Below, piece by piece: positions 35,341 through 46,147 of a stretch of DNA of 46,147 bases. The position numbers and the translations under genes are program-made. This DNA is from Octopus bimaculoides (lineage: Eukaryota): the NCBI RefSeq assembly GCF_001194135.2, contig NC_068996.1:29222607-29268753 (forward strand), written 5' to 3'. The notes below the pieces were generated by a model. It saw only the letters and a program-made list of their open reading frames with translations, had not been told where the DNA came from and made no database searches. Position 1 is the first letter of the stretch, and every line of letters starts with the position of its first letter.

Positions 35341-35346
<6 letters not shown>
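35142..35346. repeat. About 205-bp near-complete palindrome (foldback/MITE-like)
   Basis: AAATAATTAGAAAATGGAGAAAACCACAGATTAACAAACACATC..GACCACATTTATA pairs with 35281-35346; inner ATACAGAT..GACATAACA pairs with TGTTATGTC.ATCTGTGTAT; short central loop. Confidence 0.92.

Positions 35347-35378
<32 letters not shown>
35347..35378. repeat. (TA)n microsatellite
   Basis: Direct reading of the sequence. Confidence 0.95.
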
Positions 35379-35382
<4 letters not shown>

Positions 35383-35465
35383 TTCATATTATACAGTATA
35401 TAAGAATAGTGTAGCTGGTGGAAGTAAGAAAAAAAAAGGTAAGGAAGAGAATGTGAGAGACATAC

Positions 35466-35534
35466 CCCTTCATAGCTATCAGAACTATTCAAACTCTGTT
35501 GGCTTCCATGACCAGATAACTTCCCCGAACGTGA
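35466..35534 (-). CDS. CRACD: Internal symmetric exon (SRSGKLSGHGSQQSLNSSDSYEG)
   Basis: Acceptor TTTTAAATTGTTTATTGCAG, donor GGG|GTATGT; 69 nt, phase 0 to 0. Confidence 0.7.
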
Positions 35535-35889
35535 CTGCAATAAACAATTTAAAAACAAAAAATGCATCAATAATGATTAGTGATAAAACAATGAAATTCA
35601 ACATAATTGCAATAATTTTTGGCTAGCTGAGCACCTGTATTTTTTCTTAGATATCCTTTCTATTAAAGGAAGATAAATTCTGTCTCTAAATCCCCGAAGT
35701 AGTATTTTCTGCATCTAAATTGGTAACATTGTTATTTTCTTTTAATGTAGTTTTAGCAATGTTATACATGGGTAGTAACCAAAAGGAGATTGTGGTTGAT
35801 TTCTTGGATGATAGAAAAAAGATGTGAAACAGGTAGCATCACTTGATGGACCCCAAGCACCATGTAGAACACACACACACAATCTATCA

Positions 35890-37108
35890 ATATGTAGCAA
35901 CAACCTCAGAACTCTCTGCATTCAATAAAACTACTAACAAGCACACATAATTTCAACATAAACAGTGACATAGACTGCCTCTACTTAAAATGAAAACAAG
36001 GTGGCAAAAGCTTAACATCAAACCAAAATACCTTTGAATGTTGTATCACATCCCTTTGGCAACATCTTTTAATCACCAAGTGTCAAAGTGCTTTCCTTTA
36101 CCAAGTTTGCATACATGAAGCTGATACCATTTTAAGACTTGGAAGGCAGCACCTTGAGCAGCATTCCTTGTCTGACCACCTTAAATACATGCCCAAAGAA
36201 GTTGCACACTCCACTACAATGTCCCACTTTGAAGGGTGTGTTTGCAATCCAGGAACAGGAAATATCAACCAAATACTTGATGCACAAAAGGGACAGATGC
36301 AGGAGAAACAGTAAAATGTGACGACCAATGCAGACTTTGTGGAGTTAACACCAATGATATCATCCACATCATAAACAGTTGTTTAAAAATGTCATCATGG
36401 TATTATGATGAGATATGATGTAGCTAGGACACTGCATAACGATATCCATCGAAAGAATAACCCCAAGGATAAAGAAGCCATAGCCACTCATAATAAAAAG
36501 GAGTACTGGTGGAATGTCCCAGTGAAAACCTCATTAAAATGTAAGTACAACATTATTTAATGTTATATATAATGATATAATGATTTGCGATAGAGAAGAG
36601 AAAGTGTGTATAGTTGTGGAAATCAGCTGCCCAACGGATGTTAATATAAAGCTGAAGATCAGTGAAAAAGAGAACACCTACGCTGAGCTAATAATAAATC
36701 TGCAGTTACTCTATCCAGATTACAAGTCCAGGTTTAAACCTGTAATTATTGGAACACTGAGATATGTAACACACCTCTTAAATACCAATCTTGAGAAATT
36801 AGGCTTCTCAAAATCAGAAAGGAGAAAGCTGATTTGAAGATTACAGAACCAATCCATAACTGGAACTGTAAAAATCTGTAAAACTTTCCAGAAGTTTATC
36901 ATTTAAGTATATATGAGCATGTCTATATATGCAACTATAAGTATGAGAATACATACATTAAACAAAACGTACAAATCTGCAAAAATACCCTGTTGATGTT
37001 GAAATTCCAATGAAGGAGCCTTGGATCTAGGTTAGAAACTGGCCCTTTCTCTATTGGCAAGAAATCTTGAAATAAAACTGATTAATGACATACGTACAAA
37101 CATAGGCA

Positions 37109-37110
<2 letters not shown>
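35890..37110 (+). mobile_element. 5'-truncated non-LTR retrotransposon with CCHC knuckle and restriction-like endonuclease (R4/Dong/HERO-like)
   Basis: KLLTSTHNFNINSDIDCLYLK.KQGG; GVFAIQEQEISTKYL; CRLCGVNTNDIIHIINSC (CCHC); DREEKVCIVVEISCPTDVNIKLKISEKENTYAEL (PD-(D/E)XK-type RLE region); 3' UTR ends at a (TA)n. Confidence 0.85.
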
Positions 37111-37144
<34 letters not shown>

Positions 37145-37184
37145 TTTTCCTTGTTGGCTTGGTTTTCTAGTAAAAGTCACTTAC

Positions 37185-37326
37185 CATATGCAAAGTTTTA
37201 TCAATTCCTTCAACAGAGTATGCCAGTTTTCGTAGGAAACCAGATTTGGAGGCATGCTGTTCCATAAGGACACTATCTTCTGAACGGCTCTTATTTTTCC
37301 GAAGTGATCTCCTCGAGAGGAGAAAC
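37185..37326 (-). CDS. CRACD: Internal exon (FLLSRRSLRKNKSRSEDSVLMEQHASKSGFLRKLAYSVEGIDKTLHM)
   Basis: Acceptor TTTTCTTTTATTACAG (phase 2), canonical donor ATG|GTAAGT (phase 0); SRSEDSVL resembles the CRACD-family SHDSIF motif. Confidence 0.85.
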
Positions 37327-37544
37327 CTGTAATAAAAGAAAAATAATAACGACAATGATTTCTTTTGTTGGCCTCAAAGACCCAGAACAGAGTCAATACA
37401 AATGTAATTACAATAGAAAACAAGAAACTGCTTATACTAAACACATGACATTTTTGCCTTACGATATTTTTGCCTTCCTTTTCTTTCACACTTTTTTTAA
37501 AAATAGCACTCCGTTGCTTACGATGACAAGGTTCTTGTTTATCT

Positions 37545-37828
37545 GATCAATGGAATGGTCTGCTCGAAAAATTAATGCACAAGTGGCTGAGTATTCCACA
37601 GACATGCATATCATAATGTAGTTCTCAAGGAGATTCTGCTTCACACAGACTGTGACAAGGTTAGCCTCTTTGAATCACAGTTACAACTTATTTTTGCCAG
37701 CTGAGTGGACTGCAGCAAGGTGAAGTAGAAAACCTTGCTCAAGAACACAGCATGCCGCCGGGAATTGTACTCATGACTTTACAATCGTGGGCCAAATACC
37801 CCTAACTGCTGAACCATGCACCTTCACT
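37545..37828 (-). mobile_element. tRNA-derived SINE
   Basis: Minus strand has box-A-like TGGTTCAGCAGTTAGG and box-B-like GAGTACAATTCCC, then GTGTTCTTGAGCAAGG; homologous to 40195-41125. Confidence 0.75.
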
Positions 37829-38249
37829 CTCTTAACCATAGAGAAAAGGAGTGAAGCGTAGAGACAGAGAAGGGAAAGCCTCAGTCATTTACAATGACAA
37901 TTAGACTGAAATATGATCGATCTTTTCTAGCTTCTTTACTTTTAACAATGAAGAAAAGGGAAAGACATTTAGTAAGGAATAGAGGCAAAGTCTTTCAGGT
38001 GTTTACGTTTTTATTCTGGTAGTTCTAGAATGATTGACTGTTCATTTAAAATAATAATTAGACAAATACGTTCTAGAATGATTGAGTTTTAGTTCCCCCC
38101 TTCTTTTCCCAGTCCCCAATAATTATATATATATGTATATATACTGCTCAATTCTTACTAACCTCTACACCAGGATGCTTGGATCTTACCTTTAGATTAT
38201 TAGTATAGTTATTATACACACACACACACACACACAGATTTATTCAAAT

Positions 38250-38365
38250 GCACCCATTGCCAGATCAGATTGAAACCTGGTGAGGTCTCCTGGCTTGCCA
38301 GTGCTCAGTCAAACCATCCAGTCCATGCCAGATTGGAAAACGGATGTATAAGGATGATGATGCAT
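38250..38365 (+). mobile_element. RTE 3'-terminal fragment
   Basis: TGCCAGATCAGATTG...CAGTCAAACCATCCAGTCCATGCCAG...GATGATGAT. Confidence 0.75.
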
Positions 38366-38536
38366 AGACACATGCACATGTAAATGCTTACTTATATGCA
38401 TGCATACACACCTGTTAGTTCAAATGGCACATGAAATAGAAAATGTTAAGACAGATGGTCGGAGAGAGTATGTGAGAGACAGGGAGAGTATGAGAGAGAG
38501 ACAGAGAGGGGTGAGTGAGAGAGATAAAGATATAAA

Positions 38537-40190
38537 CAATGGCCCTGCTCAATATGTAGGAAAAGAATTGAAAGAAATTCCATTTGCTGCACCCAGTGTA
38601 AATTATGGACACATAAGAGGTGCAGTGGAATCACAGGTAGATTAACAGATAAAGTCGTCTTTGTATGTGGCAGATGTGTAGGAACAATAAGCACTAAGGA
38701 GCACACGGGACTTAGATGGTCTCAAATGCCCAGGAGGCTCACTTGAGGTTGTAGATCGTTTCTGTTACCTAGGTGACCAAATTAGCAATGGTGGAGGATG
38801 TTCTGAAAGTATTGTTTCTAGAATAAGAATTGGGTGGAGGAAGTTCAGAGAGCTATTGCCTCTGCTGGCAACAAAAGGACTCTCTCTCAGAGTGAAAGGT
38901 AGACTATATGATGCTTGTGTACAAACAGTTATACTCCATGGTAGTGAGACAGGGCTCTGAATGCAGAGGACATGTATGGGCTGGAGAGAAATGAAAGCAG
39001 TATGCTCTGTTGGATGTGCATGTACAACAAAGTGCAAATGTATTGAGAAAGTTGGGTATAAGAGAAATCAAATGTAGCATGCAAGAGAGAAGACTTCATT
39101 GGTTTGGACATGTGATGTATATGAATGAGGACAGCTGCATAAAGAAGTGCCAATCACTGAAAGTGGACAGTACCTGCTGCAGACATGGGATGAAGTGGTA
39201 TGGATAGATATTGGGCCCCATGGAGGAAATGATAATGAATCAAGATGTCTGGCGATATGAGGTTCTTGAGAAAACCCGCTCACATCAGCAAAACTGAGTT
39301 CTAGAAGTTCTTTGTGTTACACTCACACTTAAGAAAACTTTTCACACCCTACCCCAACAAACCAAACTACATCTCTACACCTCTTCCTTACATTTCCTCC
39401 TTCATACGCTATGCTTACCTCTCACTCCCCAGTCCTGTCCTCATGTCTGTATCATTGCTGTCTGGTAGCCTCTCCCCCACTCTATATAACCAGGTTTCCA
39501 TCACTCAATGCATTCCCCTCCCCACTCTCTAATCATGTTTCTTTGACTCTGTCCTGCCATTTATATTATGACTTTCAAACCTCAAGAATATGTCCTGGCA
39601 CTTTCCACCATCTATATATCTCTCTTCCTCTCTTCAACCATCCTATTTATATTCTGATCCTCGTCCCTTGTGATTATGCCTGCTCTTCCCTATGGTTGCA
39701 CAACCATGCATCTTCTTTGCAGCAGCACATCTGTTTTTGTCCTTGTTCCTGATCTCTCTCTCTCTCTCCGACCAGGCAACCTTGTCTACTTCTGCAGCAA
39801 GACACCTGTTTCTGTGTGTCTGTCTCACTATAACCTTCCATAAACTGACACAAGATCACCTCCTCCAATGCCCCCTCCCCTATCAAAAGATTTATGTCTT
39901 GTAAGTTACTTGGTGACCCTGTCAGTATAAGTGCCACTTAAAAAGTGGAAAGTGGTTAACATTTGGAAGGGCATCCAACAGTATAAACCTTGCCAAACCT
40001 GACCTTGACTGTGCTTGTGTCTCGTAAAAAGCACTCAGTCCATCCTGCTGGATGGTTGCAGAAAGGGCATCCAGCTGTAAAAATCCTGCCAAAACAGACA
40101 CAAAAGTCTGATGCAGGCTTCTGCCTGGCCAACTCCAGTCAAACAGTCCCACCCATGCCAGCAAGGAAGGTGGATGTTAAACGATATATT
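38537..40190 (+). mobile_element. 5'-truncated RTE LINE beginning at an intact PHD-type finger
   Basis: WPCSICRKRIERNSICCTQCKLWTHKRCSGITGRLTDKVVFVCGRC, then FCYLGDQISNGGG, RIRIGWRKFRELLPLL, RRLHWFGHV; long pyrimidine-rich 3' UTR and RTE terminal module near 39920-40190. Confidence 0.9.
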
Positions 40191-40194
40191 TAAA

Positions 40195-41125
40195 TTGGCA
40201 CTCCATTGATTACAAAATTCCAGTTAATCTGATCAACAGAACAGCCTGCTCATGAAATGAACATGCAATAGCCGAGCACTCCACAGATGCTTGTATCCCA
40301 GTGGCAGCACATAGATAAAATTAGTTGGTGTACTTCTTCAGAAAACTTTTAGCTGTTGTTTTAATATTGTGTAAAAGGAAACAAACATATAAAAAAATTT
40401 ATACATAAACTTGATTGGTTCAAGTTTTAGCCACTGCTGAAAATTCCTCCTTGCTTTTTAAATCACAAAGTAAGAGGGGAAAATTTGCCCTATTTTTCAA
40501 ATCCTGGCAGCAACACTGTAGCTGGAAGCAGGATAATAATCTAATTCTACATTTTATCACATTCAAGAATATAAACATGTTTTTAAGCACAACACATACG
40601 GAGTCAAAAAGAAACACTAACTTTCACTGGAAGACCAGGGTCAGCACTGCGTGAAAGACAGTGCTCACTCTCTAGCGTGCAGCTTCCTATCTTGGACATG
40701 TGAGCATGCACACAACAGCCAAACACTGCCTTGCTGGAACTGTGAAGTGCACAGTTCTATACAAGGATTTTTGTATTTTTTTCATAAAGTAGGGGATGGC
40801 TACTGACATTAAGCTTAACGATTATATAATGTACCAGTATAAAGAAAGAATTAAAGAAAAAAAGACATTGAATGTTATCAATAATATTGAGTGGAAATAG
40901 AGGGTGCTGCAGTTCCTATACATAAGCTTCCACTGGTGTACCCTAAACATAGCTCTCAGGGAGATTCAGTGTAACACAGAATGTAACAAGGCTGGCCCTT
41001 TCAAATACAGATACTACTCTTTTTGACTGGAACAATATGAAAAGGATACAATGTGCTACCTGGAATCAAACTCACAACCTTATGATTATGAGCCAAGAAC
41101 CCCTAACCACTAAGCCACTTGCTCC
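40195..41125 (-). mobile_element. tRNA-derived SINE split by a hAT-type MITE
   Basis: Box A TGGCTTAGTGGTTAG (near 41105-41119) and box B GAGTTTGATTCCAGG (near 41060-41074) on minus; body matches 37545-37828 on both sides of the insert. Confidence 0.75.
40299..40935. mobile_element. Non-autonomous hAT-like element (CAGTGG...CCACTG)
   Basis: Termini CAGTGGCAGC / GCTTCCACTG; flanking 8-mers TTGTATCC and GTGTACCC match 6/8, consistent with an aged 8-bp TSD; interrupts a SINE. Confidence 0.65.
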
Positions 41126-41149
41126 TCCTCCACCCTCCCTCTGTCTGTC

Positions 41150-41162
41150 TGTGTGTGTGTGT

Positions 41163-41215
<53 letters not shown>
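41150..41215. repeat. (GT)n(CT)n compound microsatellite
   Basis: Direct reading of the sequence. Confidence 0.95.
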
Positions 41216-41611
41216 CTCATTTGCTGGCAGACAAGATTTTTCATCAGGCCTTGTAACACACACAATTGCTCAACCTGCTGAAAACTGCAACCAAATATCT
41301 TACAAATCATATCCTAGCCCCTTAAAGGCTACAATATAGACATTGGTATAGAAAATGAGGGGATTATCATATGACTGATCTGCTCTGCACAATTAAGTTG
41401 GCGTTGATGTTGAGCTAACAAGGTGAATTGCTTCTGCATATATCTCCATCTTTCCTCTTACAAAAGTAATTAAGGGAGAGACTGATTTGAGTGACAAGGT
41501 AGTAAAAAGGAAGTAATGAAAAATGAGGCAAAAAGTGCAGTGATAACAGCTACATGTTTGCTGAGAGAGAAAGAGCAAGTGATGGATAGCAGTAAAGATG
41601 ACAATACACAA

Positions 41612-41645
<34 letters not shown>

Positions 41646-41905
41646 NNNNNNNNNNNNNNNNNNNNNNNNNNNNNNNNNNNNNNNNNNNNNNNNNNNNNNN
41701 NNNNNNNNNNNNNNNNNNNNNNNNNNNNNNNNNNNNNNNNNNNNNNNNNNNNNNNNNNNNNNNNNNNNNNNNNNNNNNNNNNNNNNNNNNNNNNNNNNNN
41801 NNNNNNNNNNNNNNNNNNNNNNNNNNNNNNNNNNNNNNNNNNNNNNNNNNNNNNNNNNNNNNNNNNNNNNNNNNNNNNNNNNNNNNNNNNNNNNNNNNNN
41901 NNNNN
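41646..41905. other. Assembly gap (260 N) after a (GT)n tract
   Basis: Run of N. Confidence 0.99.
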
Positions 41906-42206
41906 GGGGTGTAGTAGTAGCATCACTATCGATTAAAAACAAGCAATACTCAATGTGGGTTTTACTTGGACTCTGTAAAAAGAAAATTCACAGAAGAAAC
42001 AGTGATAGTAAAATTAGAGGATGCAAAGAGAAGAAATAGCCTGTAACAGTCATGGTTTTATTTTGTTAATATGCTAGATAGCCTTTTTGTGGGGTGGTCC
42101 AAATAGCAACAGTGCTGGTTTTTAAGCAAGCAGTTGTAAAGAAAGATAGATTTGTGTTTTGTACAGAGACAATAGCTTGTAAATTAAAAAAGAAAAACAT
42201 ACTAAC

Positions 42207-42396
42207 CCTCCATCATCTTCCTCATCATAGTCTTCAACAGACTGGCGGTGTAAGGCACTTGTAGACTTTGCTCTCATGGATACAATGCTTATTTCTTCAT
42301 TGTCTTTCAATTTAGATCTCTTTTTACTACCCTTGAAAAATTTCCGCACAGCAACTAGTGGATTAAACTTCCTTTTCTTGCTTTCATTTTTGCTGT
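42207..42396 (-). CDS. CRACD: Most 5' coding exon found of CRACD/KIAA1211-like gene (SKNESKKRKFNPLVAVRKFFKGSKKRSK...RAKSTSALHRQSVEDYDEEDDG)
   Basis: Acceptor TCTATTTGTTGTAG (phase 1), donor GG|GTTAGT (phase 2) matches the 37326 acceptor; the KKRKF..RKFF.GSKKR basic motif resembles the CRACD-family N-terminus. Confidence 0.8.
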
Positions 42397-42949
42397 CTAC
42401 AACAAATAGACATAATTTCAAGGATATATGCGTGTATGTGTGTGTGTGAACAAATGAATGAAAGAGTAGCACTCAACATATTTAGTTAGATTCACATGTA
42501 CTTAATAATAGTTTGGCTCAACTCACATTAAAGTTTCATAAGCATATAAAGCTTTAAAGCTGTTCAGAGACAGAGTAGAGAGTTTAAAAAAATAATAATT
42601 AAAAATTAATTCTATGCATTAAAAACATGGAATCCATTTTGAATTTAAACCTTTATTAGTGGGCATAAGTAACGTTGCATGCTACCAAGGTTATTTTCTT
42701 TATTTTTGGGACCACATGTTGACAATGTTAGTAGCTGTTTGGTATATTCAGCAACACCTGTTCCTTGTAGAATATAAACACATTAATGACAGCAGTCATC
42801 ATATGAAAGCAACCATGTGATGACTCATCAGGTTTTGATATTAAGTTACAAATGTGGTCCTATGACTAATATAGTTTTAAGGGTAGTAGAAATTATACAC
42901 CCTGCTCTTGTGTGTAGGTTAGCTATGCATAGGGTGGCATATCCAGCTA

Positions 42950-43430
42950 TCAGCATAATCCATGGGGGAGGCAATAATGAGGATGATATCAGTTGGGTTA
43001 TTTATCTTGCATATTATAAAGAAGTGCACCCTTATTAAAAGTTTGGAGATGGTCTGGCAATCCCAAGCTATATGCATAGATAAATTCAGGAAGATCTTAA
43101 AATAATTTAGCCTAACTATAACAATTACCACCAACATGACAAAGGCTGACTTCTTGAACATAACCTGAGATCTCAGGACAGGTGTGTACTAGCTCAACAG
43201 AAAGTCTAAAGAGGAAACTTTATATACATAGATGCCAACCATCCTCCAGTTATAATCAGAAATCTAGTCATGGGCATCCACAGAAAAATCTCTAAACTAT
43301 CAGTAGACAAAGATATCTTCAACAGGAGGACACTCCACAATACTGATGCATTAGTGAGGAGTGGCTTTACAAATAAGAGTATATGGAGGATACTCAGCAC
43401 CAAACCCAATGAGTTAGAAAGACAAAAATA
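42950..43430 (+). mobile_element. Penelope-like element RT/thumb fragment
   Basis: Remnants of VGLFIL, DGLA, DFLNIT.DLRTGVY, ANHPPVIIRNL, ISKLSVDKDIF, ALVRSGF, which I recognise as PLE-type motifs. Confidence 0.7.
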
Positions 43431-44469
43431 ATGTAGTTTAATCTTTCAATCAACTTGAGGTTTCCATGAAGAAAGCTGCAGTATCCATGAATAGGAAAAG
43501 TAAACTATCTTTTCACTAGAAGTATGCTCTGTTAAAGAACTTCAAATTTAGAGTCACTGATAATACAGATATACCAACTTAGGCCTGACACCAACACAAG
43601 AGTAGAATAGCTGCCCATCTAGATTACTGACTATTTATGTTGGTTACATGACTTAACTAGTAACCTAACGTCATCAAAGTGGTTACCACATACAAACGTG
43701 ATAATTGCAGTTGCTAAAGTGTTTATATTCCAAAGAATTGTGATTGATCAACTGACTTATCTACCCTACCACGTACAGTCCTCAGTACAAGGAACTGGTG
43801 TCACTGAATATGCCACACTGCAGACTGCCATCAAAAAGGTGAAAATATTCTTCCAACATCACATGAACCTAAAACTAAAAATAATAATTGATATTTTGAT
43901 AGCATTACAATCACATGACCTGAACATAAAAAAAAAAATTTGAATCTCTTTAACTCAATAATTTGTCCCCAAACATTTCATGAGATGGACATATCCTACA
44001 CCCACAAAACTAAGTAATGTCGAGCTGAATCAAACTGTTGTTAAATATATAAGAAATATTGTGATTGGTTAGGCAAAGAAGGCAAAGTCTACAATGGTTC
44101 AATCTATAAATTCTAATTATTGAATTACAATGTAAAATGCTAATTAAATGTATAGAATTCAGTATACAATTCAGTAAATAGTAAGTAGTTTGATGTGAGA
44201 AGGAACAATTTCTGCTTTATAACTTCAGAGTGATACTAATGAATAAAGCAATACCAAGTACAATAAGTTTGCCTAATAGGAATAAAATGAAGTTGCAAAG
44301 ATGCTGAATAAAAACTACACGAGAGTGTGTAATGTGAGTGTGTGTGGATTACTGCTGCTTAGCTAATTTTAAGGGACATATACATACAAGATATGTATGT
44401 ACATACTTGTGTGTGTATATGTAATATATATATATATGCATGTGTATATATATGTAATGTGTGTGTGTG

Positions 44470-44611
44470 TGTATTCATTAACTTTTTTACTTGTATCAAC
44501 CATTTAACTGTGGCCATACTGATACACTGCCTTGTGGAATTTTAGCCAAACTAATTGAACCCAGTACATATTTTGAAGCCTGGCACTTATTCTATCGGTC
44601 CTCTTTGCTGA
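44470..44611 (-). mobile_element. 3' half of a tRNA-derived SINE
   Basis: ACTGTGGCCATACTG...GCACTTATTCTATCGGTCCTCTTTGCTGAACCACT resembles my recollection of the common octopus SINE tail; abuts the CR1-like fragment. Confidence 0.65.
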
Positions 44612-45886
44612 ACCACTATGTTACAGGCACATATTTGTGTTTCCTTTGAGGTGGCTCCATTGGCCACCACTGCCTGATATATCTATCTTTTAGAAAGTCG
44701 TGTAGCCACTCTTCAAGTTTTCCAACTATGCTGAAATCATGTAGTTTGTGACATTTACCAAGGTTGACTTTACAAAAGGCTTTTACAAAGTCCAGATATA
44801 TCACATCCACACTTGAGTTGTTTAGCAGCCGTTTTAACACCCAGTCATAATGTTGTAAGAGTTGTATGAGGTAACTGCTACCTGGTCAAAATCCATGCTG
44901 GGTGTCAGTCAGCAACTCATTTTCCTCAAGGAATGTGATTAGTTTCTTCCGGACTGTTTGTTCCATGACTTTGCTGATGTGTGAGACCAGAGAGATAGGC
45001 CTACAATTTTTAGAATCTGCTCTGCTTCTTCGTTTATGGACGGGGCATTTTATTCCTTCCTTCAGTTTTTCTAGGAGCTTACCACTTGCAAGAAAGCTCT
45101 GAAAAAGAAGTGGCAGTGGTTTCGCAAGGGATGTTGACACAATTTGAGAAGGATTGCTGGGAATCCAAGACCAGCAGCTGAGTTTGTGTCAACCTCATCT
45201 GTGGCCAGTGTTACATCTTTAATGTTGATGTAATCAATTATCACCTCTTTGGTTACAGGTAAAGTGGCAAAGAATTCTGCTGGTTTGTTCACTTGCCTGT
45301 GTCCCAGCGGCATAGTGAACACACTTTGAAACTGTTTGTTTAGTATTTCACTTATTCTCATTTGGTTTCCTGTGAGGGAACCATCTTTTTGGAAGAGGGA
45401 TCCTATCTTGTGGCGTACCAAGGCTGCTTATTTGGCAAACTTAAAGCTTTAGGGTTTGACTGGATATTTTCTATAACCCAAGTTTTCCTATCTGCTCTCC
45501 TTTTCATGAGATTGATGCAGACTTTTCTCTATCTCCAACAGCACTCTCTCCAGGTGGGACTTTTCACTACTTTTGAGGAGCTTGTTCAGGCAATTTGCAA
45601 TCTTTGTCCATTGTCTCATAAGAATTTTCCTTTCACTAAGGATGCTTTTGTGTGTGTTGGCCTTGTGCTCTGGGACAGATTTGTCACATGGGTTGCATTA
45701 TGGACATGAAATGTTTGTAGACATTTAGGCCAATCTTGTTTGACGATCTCTTTCTCAATCAAATTCCAATTTGCTTTATGAAAATTCTGTTTGGAGAGAT
45801 TTTAGGTGCTTCATATAGGCTGTACGTCTGCAGGGGCTTTTGGTCCATACGTACACAACTCTATTATGTTGTGATCTGTGTCACTT
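44612..45886 (-). mobile_element. CR1/L2-group LINE ORF2 fragment
   Basis: ISEILNKQFQSVFT; CPVHKRRSRADSKNCRPISLVSHISKVMEQ; LLTDTQHGF; VDVIYLDFVKAF; WLHDFLKDR; truncated at both ends. Confidence 0.88.
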
Positions 45887-46147
45887 TCATCATCATCATC
45901 ATCATCATCATCGTTTAACGTCTGCTTTCCATGCTAGCATGGGTTGGACGATTTGACTGAGGACTGGTGAAACCGGATGGCAACACCAGGCTCCAGTCTG
46001 ATTTGGCAGAGTTTCTACAGCTGGATGCCCTTCCTAACGCCAACCACTCAGAGAGTGTAGTGGGTGCTTTTACGTGTCACCCGCACGAAAACGGCCACAC
46101 TCGAAATGGTGTCTTTTATGTGCCACCCGCACAAGCCAGTCCAGGGG
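45887..46147 (-). mobile_element. RTE 3' end with (GAT)n tail, running off the window
   Basis: High similarity to 694-960 (CATCATCGTTTAA..TGCTTTCCATGC..GCATGGGTTGGAC...CTGGATGCCCTTCCTAA). Confidence 0.92.

Noticed and set aside
35347-37140. RLE element apparently flanked by (TA)n on both sides
   Set aside because: A probable host exon (35466-35534) and intron sequence lie between the left (TA)n and the element, so that tract is not its target site.

Overview
AT-rich, repeat-dense animal genomic DNA. The repeat families (RTE LINEs with (GAT)n tails, tRNA-derived SINEs, Penelope-like elements) look like those of a coleoid cephalopod, probably Octopus; this is an inference. One host gene can be traced by hand on the minus strand: a CRACD/KIAA1211-like (DUF4592-type) protein. 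I assembled 8 phase-consistent coding exons from 42396 down to a stop at 9148 (about 1,130 codons, including one 2,576-nt S/T-rich exon). The start codon was not found and lies above 42396. The introns and flanks hold decayed transposons: RTE, CR1-like, R4-like RLE and Penelope-like retroelements; Chapaev3-like, Mutator, hAT and mariner DNA elements; SINEs; and micro/minisatellites. Most long ORFs in the ORF track are repeat artefacts. Most notable are a C4HC3 PHD-type finger embedded inside the reverse-transcriptase domain of the RTE LINEs, DNA transposons with both ends still readable (some nested), and several foldback structures near exons that could form pre-mRNA dsRNA. No intact novel system can be demonstrated from sequence alone.
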